A stretch of 63,789 bases of DNA, the filler included, from Reticulomyxa filosa (lineage: Eukaryota; Protista; Foraminifera), in the NCBI GenBank assembly GCA_000512085.1. It is 28 parts of 28 records of this genome, joined end to end, with 100 filler letters (N's around TTAATTAATTAA, not from the genome) between each part and the next. Parts side by side here need not be neighbours in the genome. Positions count along the whole stretch, not along the records: positions 47,002 to 52,453 come from ASPP01034518.1; positions 52,554 to 55,562 come from ASPP01017925.1; positions 55,663 to 57,655 come from ASPP01009410.1; positions 57,756 to 59,426 come from ASPP01011234.1; positions 59,527 to 61,372 come from ASPP01000710.1; positions 61,473 to 62,475 come from ASPP01037347.1; positions 62,576 to 63,789 come from ASPP01026445.1; 21 more parts are not named here. One strand, written 5' to 3'. A program made the translations under genes and the position numbers. The notes under the pieces were generated by a model. That model ran no database searches. It worked only from the letters and a program-made list of their open reading frames with translations, and was not told the DNA's origin. Below, in pieces: positions 51,216-63,789 of this stretch. Positions within the stretch are counted from its first letter, which is position 1. Every line of letters begins with the position of its first letter.

Positions 51216-52120
51216 ATTTATCATGACAAATAATAATTTTTAAATTATAAAAAAAATCATTATTTTAAAAAGTGTGATTTATGTGTAATTTTCTGAACAG
51301 TCACATATATATATTTATATTTCAAAATTGAATTTATTGTTGTAAAAGTCAAGAGAATTTGATTTTATACATTATTTTTTTTGATTGAAAGTTAAAAAAC
51401 GAAATAAGCGTACCTAGTATTATAATATAATATGCATGACACTTTTTATTTTGAAAAAAAGAAAAAATGAAGATTTTTATTTCTAAAATAATGATCATTT
51501 CAGTTGTTTGTAGAACGAACGAGGTAAGCAACGCAATATTGAGACATATTTATGTTATTCTCAGTTTGTACAATGAAAATGAATTGCACTTTTGATTTCA
51601 AATTACTTTTTCGGACATGATCAATTACAAATGTAAACAAGGAAATCTTCATAAGCTAATGAGCGTTTCAATTTAGATTTTAAAAGAAAATTATACTGGA
51701 ATCAATATCAATGTTCTCTTTGATTGCATTTTGTCAATAGTAAAATATAAGTACTTGTACAAAACTTTTTGCAACTATTGAAGCAGTTAATATTTCTGAA
51801 TTTGTGCAATCCTAAATGTATTGCCCATCCTCAAAATTGCTCATAGAAACTTTGAAATTTCCTCATTACATGAGAAAGTGCTTGAACATAGACTTAGCAT
51901 TTTTCTGTGTTAGTCAATGCTTTTGAATTTCATAAGTCATAACTTTATGAAATAAAAAAAATTTAAATTCCTTTTTTTAAATATTAACATTTATCACGAC
52001 AAAATAATAATTTTTAAATTAAAAATACGATAACAACTATTTTTAAAAAGTGTTATGCATGTGTAATTTTTCGGGACCACAACATATATATTTATATTTC
52101 AAAAAATTAAATATATTGTT
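51216..52120 (+). repeat. Imperfect ~125-bp direct repeats (51216-51341 and 51989-52120)
   Basis: Both copies read ATTTATCAyGACAAA..TAATAATTTTTAAATTA...TTTTAAAAAGTGT..T..ATGTGTAATTTT...ACATATATA..TTTATATTTCAAAA...TATTGTT. Confidence 0.75.
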
Positions 52121-53479
52121 ACACGCATTATCCAAAACGACATATAGTGCTAAAATAAAGTAAAAAAAAAATTATAAGACAAACTAGACTTACACTTACA
52201 ATAGTAAACACAGCTTAACAGAATAAAACAAAACAATAATCAATTTAACAAAGACCTAAAAAAAATTCAGTATATATAAGAGCAAAAAGTAAAAGGAGAA
52301 TCATCATTATGAGCTCCACAATATATGCATATCTTCATTCTGCTATAACCAAGCATTTTCCAATCTTGCCATAATGCACGAAAATAAAAAAATGTATTTA
52401 AATTAAACCAAAAAAAGGCACTACAATGTGTAAGTATGTTATGTAAATAGAGANNNNNNNNNNNNNNNNNNNNNNNNNNNNNNNNNNNNNNNNNNNNTTA
52501 ATTAATTAANNNNNNNNNNNNNNNNNNNNNNNNNNNNNNNNNNNNNNNNNNNNATCTTTATTTTTCATGGAGAAAATCGATTCTCTTTATATAGTGCATT
52601 TAGGTATGTCGGTTTTTTTTGCAATCTACTGTATAAGAAATTAATGAATGCATAATGTGTTTGATTGTTTGTTTTTGTTATAGTGGAAAAAGCTATTTCT
52701 TTATTAGGCCGTCAAGATAGACAAGAAGATACAGTGATAAGATCGAAATAAGATATTCATTTGATTAGTCCTCCGAATGATTCAAAAAAAAGTTATGATA
52801 TTTAAGAAAATATAAAAATACAAAAAATTTTTTGTGGCAAATTGCAAATATATACGTTGATTCATTTTATGATTAGTATTTTTGTTGTTCCTTCTTTTTT
52901 TAAAGTAGCATTAACTTTTCTTTTTTTTAGAAAAAAATTTCTCTTTTCCCATCTGGCCCCTTTTTTTTAAGGCCAAAACCAATGAATTAAAAATTGAGCT
53001 ATAATGTTCGCGTAAAAATGAAATTAAATACAAATTTATCCATATTTTCTGGACAAAACCGAATAAAGCGTTGCCAAAGAGATATATATTTTTTTTCACA
53101 GATGGAAGAGCTTACAACTCAGATCACTATCAATTAAGAATCAATAAATTCACTCATGTAGCATGTTTACCCAATGATATGCATATAAATATTGTATTCA
53201 TTCGATATTTCAAAACAATTATTCAATAAAATAAGCAAAGTATGTTCTAATGTAATCCAACCGATGAATGAAAAGTGCTATTATAAACATGTATACTTGT
53301 TCCTTCAATTAAAAAAATCATGCTCATTGTTGTAATGTATGAATATTTTACAAATTGTAACATTTAATTTTATTTTACATTCGCTGAAACAACAGACTTG
53401 ATTCAATTCAATTTTTCAATTCCTTTGTTGCTCTTAAAAAAAGTTCAAGTATTTTTATCTCAATATAAAAAGAAAAAAA

Positions 53480-54300
53480 TGAACTTAAGCTTATCAATGA
53501 AAGTTATTATCATTATCGTCAAAATGTCATTTGTTCTTCGTCTAAAAAAAAACATTCATTTTTGGGATTTCAAACATAATAAACAATTACAAATATTCAA
53601 TGAACACAATGATATTATTTGTGGCATTGAATTTTCACCATTTAATGGTGGTAGATATTTGTGTTCTGGATCGTACGACAAAACAATTTGTTTATGGGAT
53701 GTTGAAACATGAAAGTTCTGTTTGATGTGTTGATATTTCACCATTACAAAGTAATAATAATAAAATGAATAATATTGGTGTTATTGGTGGAAATGGATAT
53801 ACAATTTGTTCTGGACCATGGGATAAAACCATTCGAATATGGGATATTGAAACAGCCAAACAACTCAGTGTATTCAAAGGACATAAAGGTAAGATTACGA
53901 GTGCAAAATATGGATAAATGAATTAGTGAATACAATATTATCTGGATCACAAGATAATAGTATTCGTTTGTGGGATATTCGATCTGGTCAACAAAGTCAA
54001 GTGTTCAATGGACATACAAGTGTTATATGGTCTGTTGGATATTCGCCATTTGTAGTAAATAATATTGAAGTTGGTGGTAATTCAAATGTGATATGTTCTG
54101 GATCAGTTGGCGAAACAATTCGATTTTGGGATATTCGATCAAATAAGAATGAATTGTATGTGATGAAAGATGATATATCATTATGTTTAAAATTTATGGA
54201 ATTAAAAAAGAAAGTAAATAATAATAAACAAAAGTCAAATGATAATTGTGTTAATTTATATTATGGTTCAATCAAAGGCCCAATTTATGTTTGGGGATGA
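53480..54300 (+). pseudogene. WD40-repeat pseudogene
   Basis: FSPFNGGRYLCSGSYDKTICLWDVET*, GGNGYTICSGPWDKTIRIWD and ILSGSQDNSIRLWDIR occur in different frames with stops. Confidence 0.9.
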
Positions 54301-55705
54301 ACACACGTGAATGAAGTTTTTTAATTTATTATTTAGATGAAAGATACTGACTAAAGTTTGTTTTGATTTCCATTTTAATTTATTCAATTTGATCAAAAAT
54401 TATGACAATGAACTAAAAACAAAAGCAATTCACATCAATTAAAAAGGACTTTCCAACAGTATTTGATTTTCCACATAAAAATTGATAATCTTATAGATGT
54501 TTTAGTGTATTCCTCTTTTTGTATCAAAGCAAACTTATTGTTCCTTAAACCATTATTTAAAATAATATTTATGTAAATTAAATTTGTTTTATATAATATC
54601 TGGAAGAATATATTTGCTTTGCACAATTTCGATAATACAATTGACACTTCAATTTTTCTATTCAATTTGATATGGCGAAGTTATCTAACGAGAACACAAG
54701 AAATGAGGTTCCAGATTGGCATCTTATTCAATGCTCTGTTTAAGATCAGTTATAATAATCAAGAAACTAGAATTATTCATTTACAAATATTGTTTATATA
54801 CCTCTCCATAGTTTAACAGTTTTCAATGTTCTCAAAACTACTGTTTTCATTAGCCAACTGACTGTTTAATGATTTGTGTTTATGTAACTTCTGGAAGAAC
54901 TTTGCAAATTGTTGTAGACAAATTGGTGATGAAAAATCTTTTCTCCCATTGTCATGGTCATTTCACATGTGTTTTATTTATGACTCAAACCAAAGCCGGA
55001 TTGATGTGCAACTGGAAAACACTTAGAGAAGAAAAGAAGGAGAAAAAAAAAAGAAGAAAAAAAAGCGAACTATAAAAAAAAAAAAGAAAAAAAACTTCCC
55101 TCCCCACACAAAATGCAGAGGCGCAAAAGATGAAGCATTATATGTTTTGTACCGCTTTGTGAGCTACCTTGTGTGCCTCCGCTTATTTGATAATGACCAG
55201 AAAAGAAGAGGGAGAGAGAGGCAAATAGAGGTATGAAAATAAGTAACAACACAAAAAAAAAAATGCATCAACACACCACATAATTTTGGTGCTGTTTATT
55301 TGCATCGGGACTCACCTCAAACACTCCAACCAAAAAAAAGTGGAATAAACAAACCAACATGCAAAAGCACAGTACAAAAATATTCACAGAAATACAATAT
55401 GATAATGATAACGATAAACAAACAAACAAAACAAAGTGAGGGAATATTGAAATTTCAAAAAGAAATATGTTATAACAAATAGAATCGCATGGGATGATTT
55501 TTGTTTTTTTTTTTTTTAAAAAAAAAAAAAAAAGAAAGAAAATATACCTATATACATATATANNNNNNNNNNNNNNNNNNNNNNNNNNNNNNNNNNNNNN
55601 NNNNNNTTAATTAATTAANNNNNNNNNNNNNNNNNNNNNNNNNNNNNNNNNNNNNNNNNNNNAATAACAAAAAAAAAATAAAATAATAACAACAATAAAA
55701 ATAAA

Positions 55706-55758
<53 letters not shown>

Positions 55759-55759
55759 T

Positions 55760-55974
55760 GAGAGTAATTACGATTACACAAATCACACGAATCCCGGCCT
55801 CCCCTGCTTATTCGGTGAACAATGTGCCCATGGACTTTGAAGACAACCGGTCTGTCCGATCGGAACAAATTGGTCGACGTAAGCGAAGCGCTACGACGGA
55901 ACATTTGGAACATCGCAAGTCGCATCACCATGGCGATCGTGAATATAATCGAGGCGAAATATCTTAGCGTCCTC

Positions 55975-56006
<32 letters not shown>

Positions 56007-57608
56007 CTTCTTCCTCGTCTTTCTCCGCGACAAAACACCCGACACCTTCGGGAAGACTCTTTCATCACACTCGGGTACCACAGTCACATCACGTCGTCGT
56101 CGAACCTCACCGGCCAAACGACGAACTCAAAGAGGTAATGATGTAGTGTTTTCTTTTTTTTTGGTAGCTGGGTTTTTTTTTTTTTTTTTTTAGTTTTTTT
56201 TTTTTTTTTTTAAAATAAGAAATTGCACATTTTATTCGCGGTTGTCATTTCACCATATACAAAAATTTCTTTTTTAATTAAAAAAAAAAAGGAATTTTTG
56301 ATGAAGAAACGAATGGAAGCAAAAACAGGCAACGAAGGAACCACTCACTTGCCAGTGGGCGGCGCCAATACGACTGGACATGTAGGGGAAATGGTAACCC
56401 AAGATGCAGATACATTAGGTCGGACCTTGACGTGGGACAAGCACGAACCTTGGGAAAACTCGACAAGCGACACAGGAAATGAACACGAACAACTTTCCAA
56501 CTGGCATTGTCCGACTGTCCAAGGTCACTGTCTGGTTGGTCCAGCGCCGACACTCATACTGGTCTTGAAAGTTATGTGAGTTGTTGCAAACAATATATCA
56601 TACACGCACACACACACACACATACACATACATACAAAACTTGTCTTTACAAATTCGTTTTTGAAAGGTGAGTCAACCAAAGTATCCCCGTATTACATCA
56701 TGGAACAATGCGATGATCACTCGAAACATGCACACGCATTGGCAATGTCTCTGGGCAGCAGCACGGAGGACAAAACACAGGAAAGCGAGATGGAAGAGAA
56801 GAGAGAGTACGAGGAGGATGTCGACACAAACACCAACGCGACTCCAAAGGAGGACAAATACAGAGAAGAATACCCAGTTCGGTCCAAACTACTGCGTCAT
56901 GCTAGCGACAAAGAGTGTCCGAAGCCGCCATCGAATGAGTGGAGAAATAGTCAAGTGCATTCCGCAAATTCGAACATTGAAGAATCTCAATCTCAATCTC
57001 AATCGCAATTGCAATTGCAATCGCAAGCGCAAGTACAAACGCAAGTCGAGGAAGAAAAGGACACATCGAAAACCAAAAAAAAGTTTGAAACTGTTTCCGG
57101 TCCCACTCCGACGACAGACAATACCGCCTCATCGTTTGGCAAGGCTTTTTTGGGATTTGTGTCCGATGTACGATCACGCATATCTCAGCCCTTTACGCAC
57201 TCGAACCACTTTATCACAAGCACTTTTGCTGATAATGACGACAATAATTCTAAAAAGCTTCCTGCATCGACACGTGAACAACAACAAGAAATTGTAAATG
57301 AAGCTGCCGATTCGCACTCACATCTGCAATCACAATTGCAAGCACAGACGGACCCCCTTGCCTCACCCCAATCGCGATGCCATCACGTTTTCAGAAATGA
57401 ACCAAGCCATCCTCCACAACACCTTCCTTCCTCTTCTTCTTCTTCTTCTTCTTCTTCTTCTTCTCTCCCTCTTCCTTCGACGGCCTCCAATGTCCCAAGT
57501 CATCCCGCCTTCGTCTCAAATGACAATCAACATGAGCACGCCACATCTTCCAGTCCACACATGCCGTCGGTTGCAATTGGCCCACGAACAGGTTTCATAA
57601 ATACTTGA
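55760..57608 (+). CDS. Hypothetical disordered Ser/Gln/His-rich protein, multi-exon, partial
   Basis: GC-richer exons separated by AT-rich introns; includes the long ORF 56661-57608. Confidence 0.55.
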
Positions 57609-57869
57609 GAGTTGATCTTTTTTTTTTTTTAACAGTGCAAAGAAATACAGGAAAANNNNNNNNNNNNNNNNNNNNNNNNNNNNNNNNNNNNNNNNNNNNT
57701 TAATTAATTAANNNNNNNNNNNNNNNNNNNNNNNNNNNNNNNNNNNNNNNNNNNNGATATTAATCCACTCAAAAAAAAAAAAAAAAAAAAAAAAAAAAAC
57801 AAAATAAATATGCGTAAGTCTGTACATATACAAATATTTTAAATATAAAAAAAAAAAAGAACTTGAAAC

Positions 57870-58680
57870 AATTGCCAATGGCTTGCCCCAAGCCAAATTG
57901 AGTAAAGAAGATGTCAGGCGTTAATGGATCTTGTGTCGAGGACGTCGCGGTGGGTAGGAGTTTGGAATAAAAGCAAACTCCCAGCACGGCCTCCACAAGA
58001 TCAGCGTTCCTTTTGAATGGCACTCTGATATATGAAAACAATGAGTTGAACTGTTCGCGAAAGAAAGGGGGATGCCACTTTTGCCACGAAAATGATTCCA
58101 ACACTCCATAAGAAGCCAGGTTCACACTCTCGTCAGTACTGACACAAAACAAGGTGTCGTTTGATACAAGTGCGCTTTTCCACAATGTTAATTTACCTTT
58201 ATTTTTTTTCCCCCCCCCACTCTCTCTTGGTAAGGACATATATATGTACATATGCATATATATATATGTATATGTAATGTATATAACATATGCTATAACT
58301 TTCATTATAACACGGGAATTCGAAAAATCCTTGCACAATGGTTAAAAACTTCAATACGGAATCACCAAAGCACTCCCATGCATCGAAAGAATGAGAGTGC
58401 TTTGTGTCGATGCTGTAAAGAGCAGAAGACAGTTCGGTGAAGTGTAAATAGACTGGATATGTGGGATCATGCAGTAGTTGAAGTTGCAGATCGCCTGCAT
58501 TCAACCAGTGTTCAATCCGCCACAAAATGTATGGAAGGGATGGCATTTGCAAAGCCAGTGCATATTCAATGCCGGTGGGGATGACAGTTTGCGAAGGGAA
58601 CATTTTGAACATTGTCACAGCGTTGCGATGTTTCGTGCTTTTTGCAATGGAACGAAAAGAGCCTATTAAAGACATATATG

Positions 58681-58711
<31 letters not shown>

Positions 58712-59426
58712 GTACACTCAATGTTGTGAATCTTGCCAAAACTTTTTCAGGAGCATAAGGTTGACAAATAAATAATGATTGATTGGCCGGGTTAAGTGAG
58801 GTACGTCGTTGTTGATAAAAGGTTTTAACAGTAGTGTTTTGCGACAATTGTTTACAGCAGTAAGGTTGATGCAAGTTAGGACAGATGAGCGTTAGTGGAA
58901 TCACGCTATCGCTGTGGAGTGTGCTGTGTTGTCCATAACTAAGAAAGGTCGATTTGTCCCACATATCTTGCTTCTTTTTGCGATTGACTTGCTGCACTTT
59001 AACCAACTGCCAGTTATACTGTAACTCATCTTGCCACTCCTTTGGCCACGTTATTGCCGATTTATTTGTCGTGGCTGACAAGTGCACCTTTTCGAGGACC
59101 GCCCAATCGATTTCAAACTTGTCTTGTTTCCATTTCAAAGGACATAACAAATACTGCCGATCCAATGCATTCGGTTGTCCCAATTGATTTATCTTGCTCC
59201 AACTACTGTTTAACATTTCGAAGCACGTTTTGTGGAATGTGTGCAATTTCGAAAACGAGCTTTCGTCAAATGTGCACATGCTATCATTTGTTGTTTCCAT
59301 TATCGTTACTTTCACATATTTCCATTTCGGGTCCATCTGCTTTTGCTCCACGTTTTGGCCTTCTATGAGCTTATGAAACGCTAGTAGAAGCTCATCGCTA
59401 TCGTCGTCTTTTATTGTCATCTATTC
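57870..59426 (-). CDS. DCL: Dicer-like protein fragment (platform, PAZ, connector, RNase IIIa)
   Basis: YLLCPL...IDW (platform), TFYQQR..NQSL (PAZ), LPYILWRIEHWL (connector), WECFGDSVLKF...NEGKLTLWKSALVSNDTL...ADLVEAVLG (RNase III). Confidence 0.85.
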
Positions 59427-59660
59427 NNNNNNNNNNNNNNNNNNNNNNNNNNNNNNNNNNNNNNNNNNNNTTAATTAATTAANNNNNNNNNNNNNNNNNN
59501 NNNNNNNNNNNNNNNNNNNNNNNNNNAAAAAAAAAGAACATGAGTTTGATGGACAATCTTCACATCCTTATGAGTGCCAAAAACCCAGCACGGATCAAAA
59601 ACTTTTTGCCTTTGCAAATAACAACAAAATCTAAATTTTTTAAAAAAAGTGTATCTACAT

Positions 59661-60720
59661 TCAATAGGTATTGCAAATTTGACATTGTTGAATTGGAAAA
59701 CAATAAAAGTAGTAAATATTGATAACACGCCCGTTACTTTCCTTTTTTCTGTGAAATGTTTTGAATTTGAATTTGGAATGTGTAGCAGTGCGAATAATTC
59801 TTTCACAAGTAGTCAAATCTTTTGGACAATCAATAAACTGTTGATCTAAATATATTTTTGAAAATACAGCATAAAATTCAGAAATAGTGAACCATCTCTT
59901 ATTAAATTCATTTTCAATAATACAAGTTGTCATATCCACGATTATGCCTTGTTTCTTTGCTTCTGTCTTTTCATCTTCACCACTTGACGAAACATAACGA
60001 GGTGAATCTAATACAATTGGCGGTTTTTGAGTGTTTGGTTTACGCGTAGGAACTTCTGTTGGTCCATGACGTGAAGGAGCTGTACACTTTTTTTTTTTTT
60101 TTTTTTTTTTTTTTGGGGGAGTTGTAAGATGATTCTATTCATGAATATATTCTAATAGATGGAAATAACAGAAAATATCACAACATACTTTGTTATTGCT
60201 TTAATTTTTTTATAATAATGGAAAGCACACAACTAAATAATAAAGTGTATACCTTTGGGTTCTTTCTTTTCATTATTGTCCTCATCACTGGAAAAAGAAG
60301 AGGAGGAATAGGAATAATATTCTTCTTCTTCTTCTTCTTGTTCTTTTTTTTATCCTTGCACTGAGCTGTTATAATTTGTACAATCTTCTCAAGTGCAGGA
60401 GAAGGCTTCTTTTTCTCTTTCCAGACGTATTTATACTTGAATCCCCATTTCGAACGAATTACTCGTCTTAATCGTATTTTGATCGCATCCCAATGTGTGA
60501 ACATAAAGTACAACTCCAATTGAAAGGATTTATACAATTCTTCACATTTGCAAAATATTTGTTTCATCGTCAGAGGCAGTTTTTTATTTTCCAAATTATA
60601 AAAACATTGTTCAACAAGCTTCTTTGCTATTTCTTCAGATCTGTCAATCTTAAAATCTTTCTCTCTTGCACTACAGTTTTCCAAAAGTAAAACATCATCA
60701 GCATTTACTTTGCTTGTCAT
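59661..60720 (-). CDS. Hypothetical basic protein with two similar ~70-aa domains; exons 60720-60253 and 60086-59661
   Basis: A phase-0 GT-AG intron joins ORFs 60193-60720 and 59661-59939 in frame. Confidence 0.6.
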
Positions 60721-61013
60721 TGTCTTTTCTTTTGCTTTTGTTTTTGTTTTTCATTGTATTATTATTTGTGATGTTGTCATTCTTAAAAAAAAAAAAAAAA
60801 AAAAAGGAGTAAACTAGAAGAGCTCAAAATAAAATCGATAAATTGAGATATTTTTCCATTGTTAATAATTTCCAATGAACCTTCACATGCATCAAATAGG
60901 TCTTTCCAATGCTTGAATTTCCTTTCCATATTCCCTGCAACATAAACATAATTACATTAACACTCCCTTTTTTTCCCGCTCCACTTCTGTACCTCCCTCT
61001 TTTTTTCCCGCTC

Positions 61014-61372
61014 TTAACGAATGACGATGTTATCCAAAATAACAACTTCATTCAAATTAGCATTTGCTTTATACTGATTGGTCGACTTTGGGTCCACCAA
61101 ACATTGAAATTGATTTTCACAATAAGGCCATTCAATCATTATTAGCTTTTTTTCTTTTTCGCTTTCAATCATCAATGTAAAAAATTCTTGAATGATATCA
61201 AATGCAAGAATTGGAGTATTGGTTTGTTGCCGTGTCTTTTTCAATTTCTCAAACAAATGAGCACAAACAATCTCCAAAGAGTTGTTTGAAAGATGGTGTT
61301 TGCCTTGCATTGCGACATATTGCCACGCTTTCAAAAACAACACAGCCAATCGAGTATTTCTTCCAACCAATT
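61014..61372 (-). CDS. 2'-5'-oligoadenylate synthetase-like nucleotidyltransferase, C-terminal domain (5'-truncated)
   Basis: TRLAVLFLKAW...LSNNSLEIVCAHLFE...FF.L...IMIEW...VVILD follows the OAS1_C pattern LIRLVKHW..PSYALELL..AWE...IYW...VILDP. Confidence 0.55.
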
Positions 61373-61959
61373 NNNNNNNNNNNNNNNNNNNNNNNNNNNN
61401 NNNNNNNNNNNNNNNNTTAATTAATTAANNNNNNNNNNNNNNNNNNNNNNNNNNNNNNNNNNNNNNNNNNNNGAAAAAAGTTAACCTTTTGGAAATTTTT
61501 TGACACGTGTTTGAAAATTGAACAGATCCAAATTGTGAAAAAGCCAAAATTATTGAAATAAATGAGCTTCAAACAAATTTGTTTGTTTTTGTTGTTGTGT
61601 TTCTCCTTAGAAAACTTGCAATTTTAATTTGAAAACAAACAAAATTTTTTTTAGCCAATCAAGTTGTGAATAACTACTCTTTCAAAAAAATTTCCGAAAA
61701 TTGCATCTTGAAAACAAATTTGATTATTCTATTCCCAAAATAGAATATTTTTATAAAAATGATTTCAATTGCTACAAGAGATGAGCTTGAAGATGTTCCG
61801 AAATAAAAATAAGTTTTTAAATAGGCTTTTAAAAAATTCAACAATCTCGTTTTAGTGTTTCGGGTACAACTATCTTTTTTAAAACACTTAGCGACAAAGT
61901 GTTTTTTCTTGAAGAGGGTTCCTGTTGCTTTACTTAAAAAAATAAAGCTAACACCACAA

Positions 61960-62475
61960 ATGCTCCGCATTTGGACTGTCGATGCTTTCACCCATAAACC
62001 ATTTGCGGGTAATCCAGCAAGTGTATGCATTTTGACACACTATGACGAAGCACTTTGTGTCAAAATTGCTCGTGAGATGAATCACGCAGAAACAGCGTTT
62101 TTAGTGCCAAAAATAGTTACAAGCGGACAATTGCGACAGGATTCGCAACGCACAAACGAATGGTATATTCGTTACTGGAGTCCGAGAGGATCAGAAGTCA
62201 ATTATGTTGGCCACGCCACGTTGGCTTCAGCTCATGTTTTATTTTCACAAGGATTTGCAGCGGATGTAAATGATGGTTTACTGTTCCGAACGAAGTCGTC
62301 AGGAAACTTCCAAGTTTTTCGAAATATAAAAAGCGAAAAAGTAACACCACAAAATGCAGATCTCAATCCACCATTTGACTATATAATGGATTTTCCGGCA
62401 GTCTATTATCAATCCATTTCAGATGAATCCAAAAAGATCAATACAATAAAAAGCTTGGAAAAAGCACTGAACTTG
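61960..62475 (+). CDS. PhzF/PBLD-family epimerase-like protein, 3'-truncated
   Basis: VDAFTHKPFAGNPASV, IAREMNHAETAFL, IRYWSP, EVNYVGHATLASAHVL, MDFP. Confidence 0.93.
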
Positions 62476-62575
62476 NNNNNNNNNNNNNNNNNNNNNNNNN
62501 NNNNNNNNNNNNNNNNNNNTTAATTAATTAANNNNNNNNNNNNNNNNNNNNNNNNNNNNNNNNNNNNNNNNNNNN

Positions 62576-63789
62576 CTTGACTTGTGGCTTGGCCTGCAAG
62601 GGTTTGTTTGGTCATCATCAAATGCCATGATGTCAACAGCAAAACTTCATTGCAGGCTTTTAGTAGAGGTATCCCAGCCCATATACGGATGGTTGCCATA
62701 AATGTAGTACAATATGTACACATAATTTTTATTAAGCAGGCATGCTACGTACTTTCAAGTCGTCGTATTTGTGCGGTGGACAGGAGCATGGTTCGTAAGC
62801 CATATTGAGTGTCGGGCGAATAACTGTGGTGTCCACAAGAAGGGTGCGACCAATGATTCCAGCTACTTGACTTTGTTGTAGGATGGACATCGCACGTTGT
62901 ATACTTGTGTCAATGTGTTCGCACCAAGATAAATTATGTGAGTTAAAGATTATATCTAAGTAGTTAAACCAGTTAGTGACTGTGGCGATATGGAAACAAT
63001 TATTTTTTTGAATATCTTCCGCTTTCCATTGGTTAGTAACAATCATACTTTTTTTGTTATTCACTGTCAAGTTCCACTGGGCACAGTATTGTTGAACATT
63101 GGCCAAGATTTGGTCAGTCTCTGCCATAGTCAAACCAAAGGTGATAATATCATCAGTGTATAATAAATTAATTTGATGTTGTTATGTTGTATAATGTACA
63201 TGCAAATTGTAGTTGTCGTAGGGATGTATAGATTGAAAATAGGCCTGCTAATTGAGTATCCTTGTACGGTCACTGTTTGGATTGGAAAGGATATAGCATA
63301 AAAATCAAGTGTCGCAACAATTATACAGCTATCACCGATGAAACTTTTCAGCAATCGAAACATTGTACCGTTGATACCACAACTGTATAACTTGAACATG
63401 AGGCCATCATGATTAACAGAGTCAAACGCTTTTTGAAGATCAAGCAAATTAATATACAATGTGGATTTGTTTATATACTTGGCGTGGTATAAGATGATGT
63501 GTAGAAAAATAATTTAATCATCACTACATCTGTTTGGACGGAACCCACCTTGTTCGTCATGGATCACTTGTTCCATGATAGCTTCAAGTCAATGAAATAT
63601 GAGTCGATCAATGACTGATAGTATTGCAGATTTGATGCGAATTCCTCTTATATCATTGAAATTGAATCATGCAGTCATTTCAGTTGGCATTGATAGTGTT
63701 AACATTGAGACTATTTCGTCGGGGATTCAATCCAGGAATGTTGCTTTGTGTCGAGGAAGTTCTTTTGCAATGCGAAGCAATTCGTCTTG
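62576..63789 (-). mobile_element. Non-LTR (LINE) retrotransposon reverse transcriptase, degenerate
   Basis: EQGGFR, LDLQKAFDSVNH, VQGYSISRPIFNLYI, YTDD, WNLTVNNKKS, YLDIIF..LSW..HI. Contains stops and frameshifts. Confidence 0.93.

Noticed and set aside
57756-63789. Dicer + OAS-like + PhzF + reverse transcriptase as an antiviral island
   Set aside because: They lie on four different contigs, so the adjacency is artificial.

Overview
The window is not one locus. It is 28 short contigs joined by 27 identical artificial 100-nt linkers (N44-TTAATTAATTAA-N44), so adjacency across a linker carries no biological meaning. Twenty-seven contigs look like an AT-rich, intron-rich protist genome with microsatellite-laden introns, WD40 and NACHT genes, and many pseudogenes; the style suggests a foraminiferan such as Reticulomyxa, which is an inference only. 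One contig (28935-31484) is GC-rich bacterial DNA carrying an EAL-domain end, a full-length IS4-family element and purB. Recognisable eukaryotic genes or fragments: a GT92-like glycosyltransferase, Nup93/Nic96, WD40 proteins, a ZZ-finger protein, acyloxyacyl hydrolase, microbial-type PARG, ILVBL/HACL2, a USP, a PfkB kinase, a NACHT NTPase, CorA, an RPA1C-like OB-fold protein, a Cys-rich surface protein, Dicer, an OAS-like NTase C-terminus and PhzF, plus Tc1 and LINE relics. The most notable observations are: introns with U-rich 5' ends and A-rich 3' ends instead of a polypyrimidine tract; a tRNA-shaped gene with a 4-nt anticodon loop; a tight AOAH-PARG-HACL2 cluster; an OAS-like gene; and an IS4 whose flanks are halves of two different terminators. 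All calls come from reading the sequence by eye, and exon boundaries are manual.
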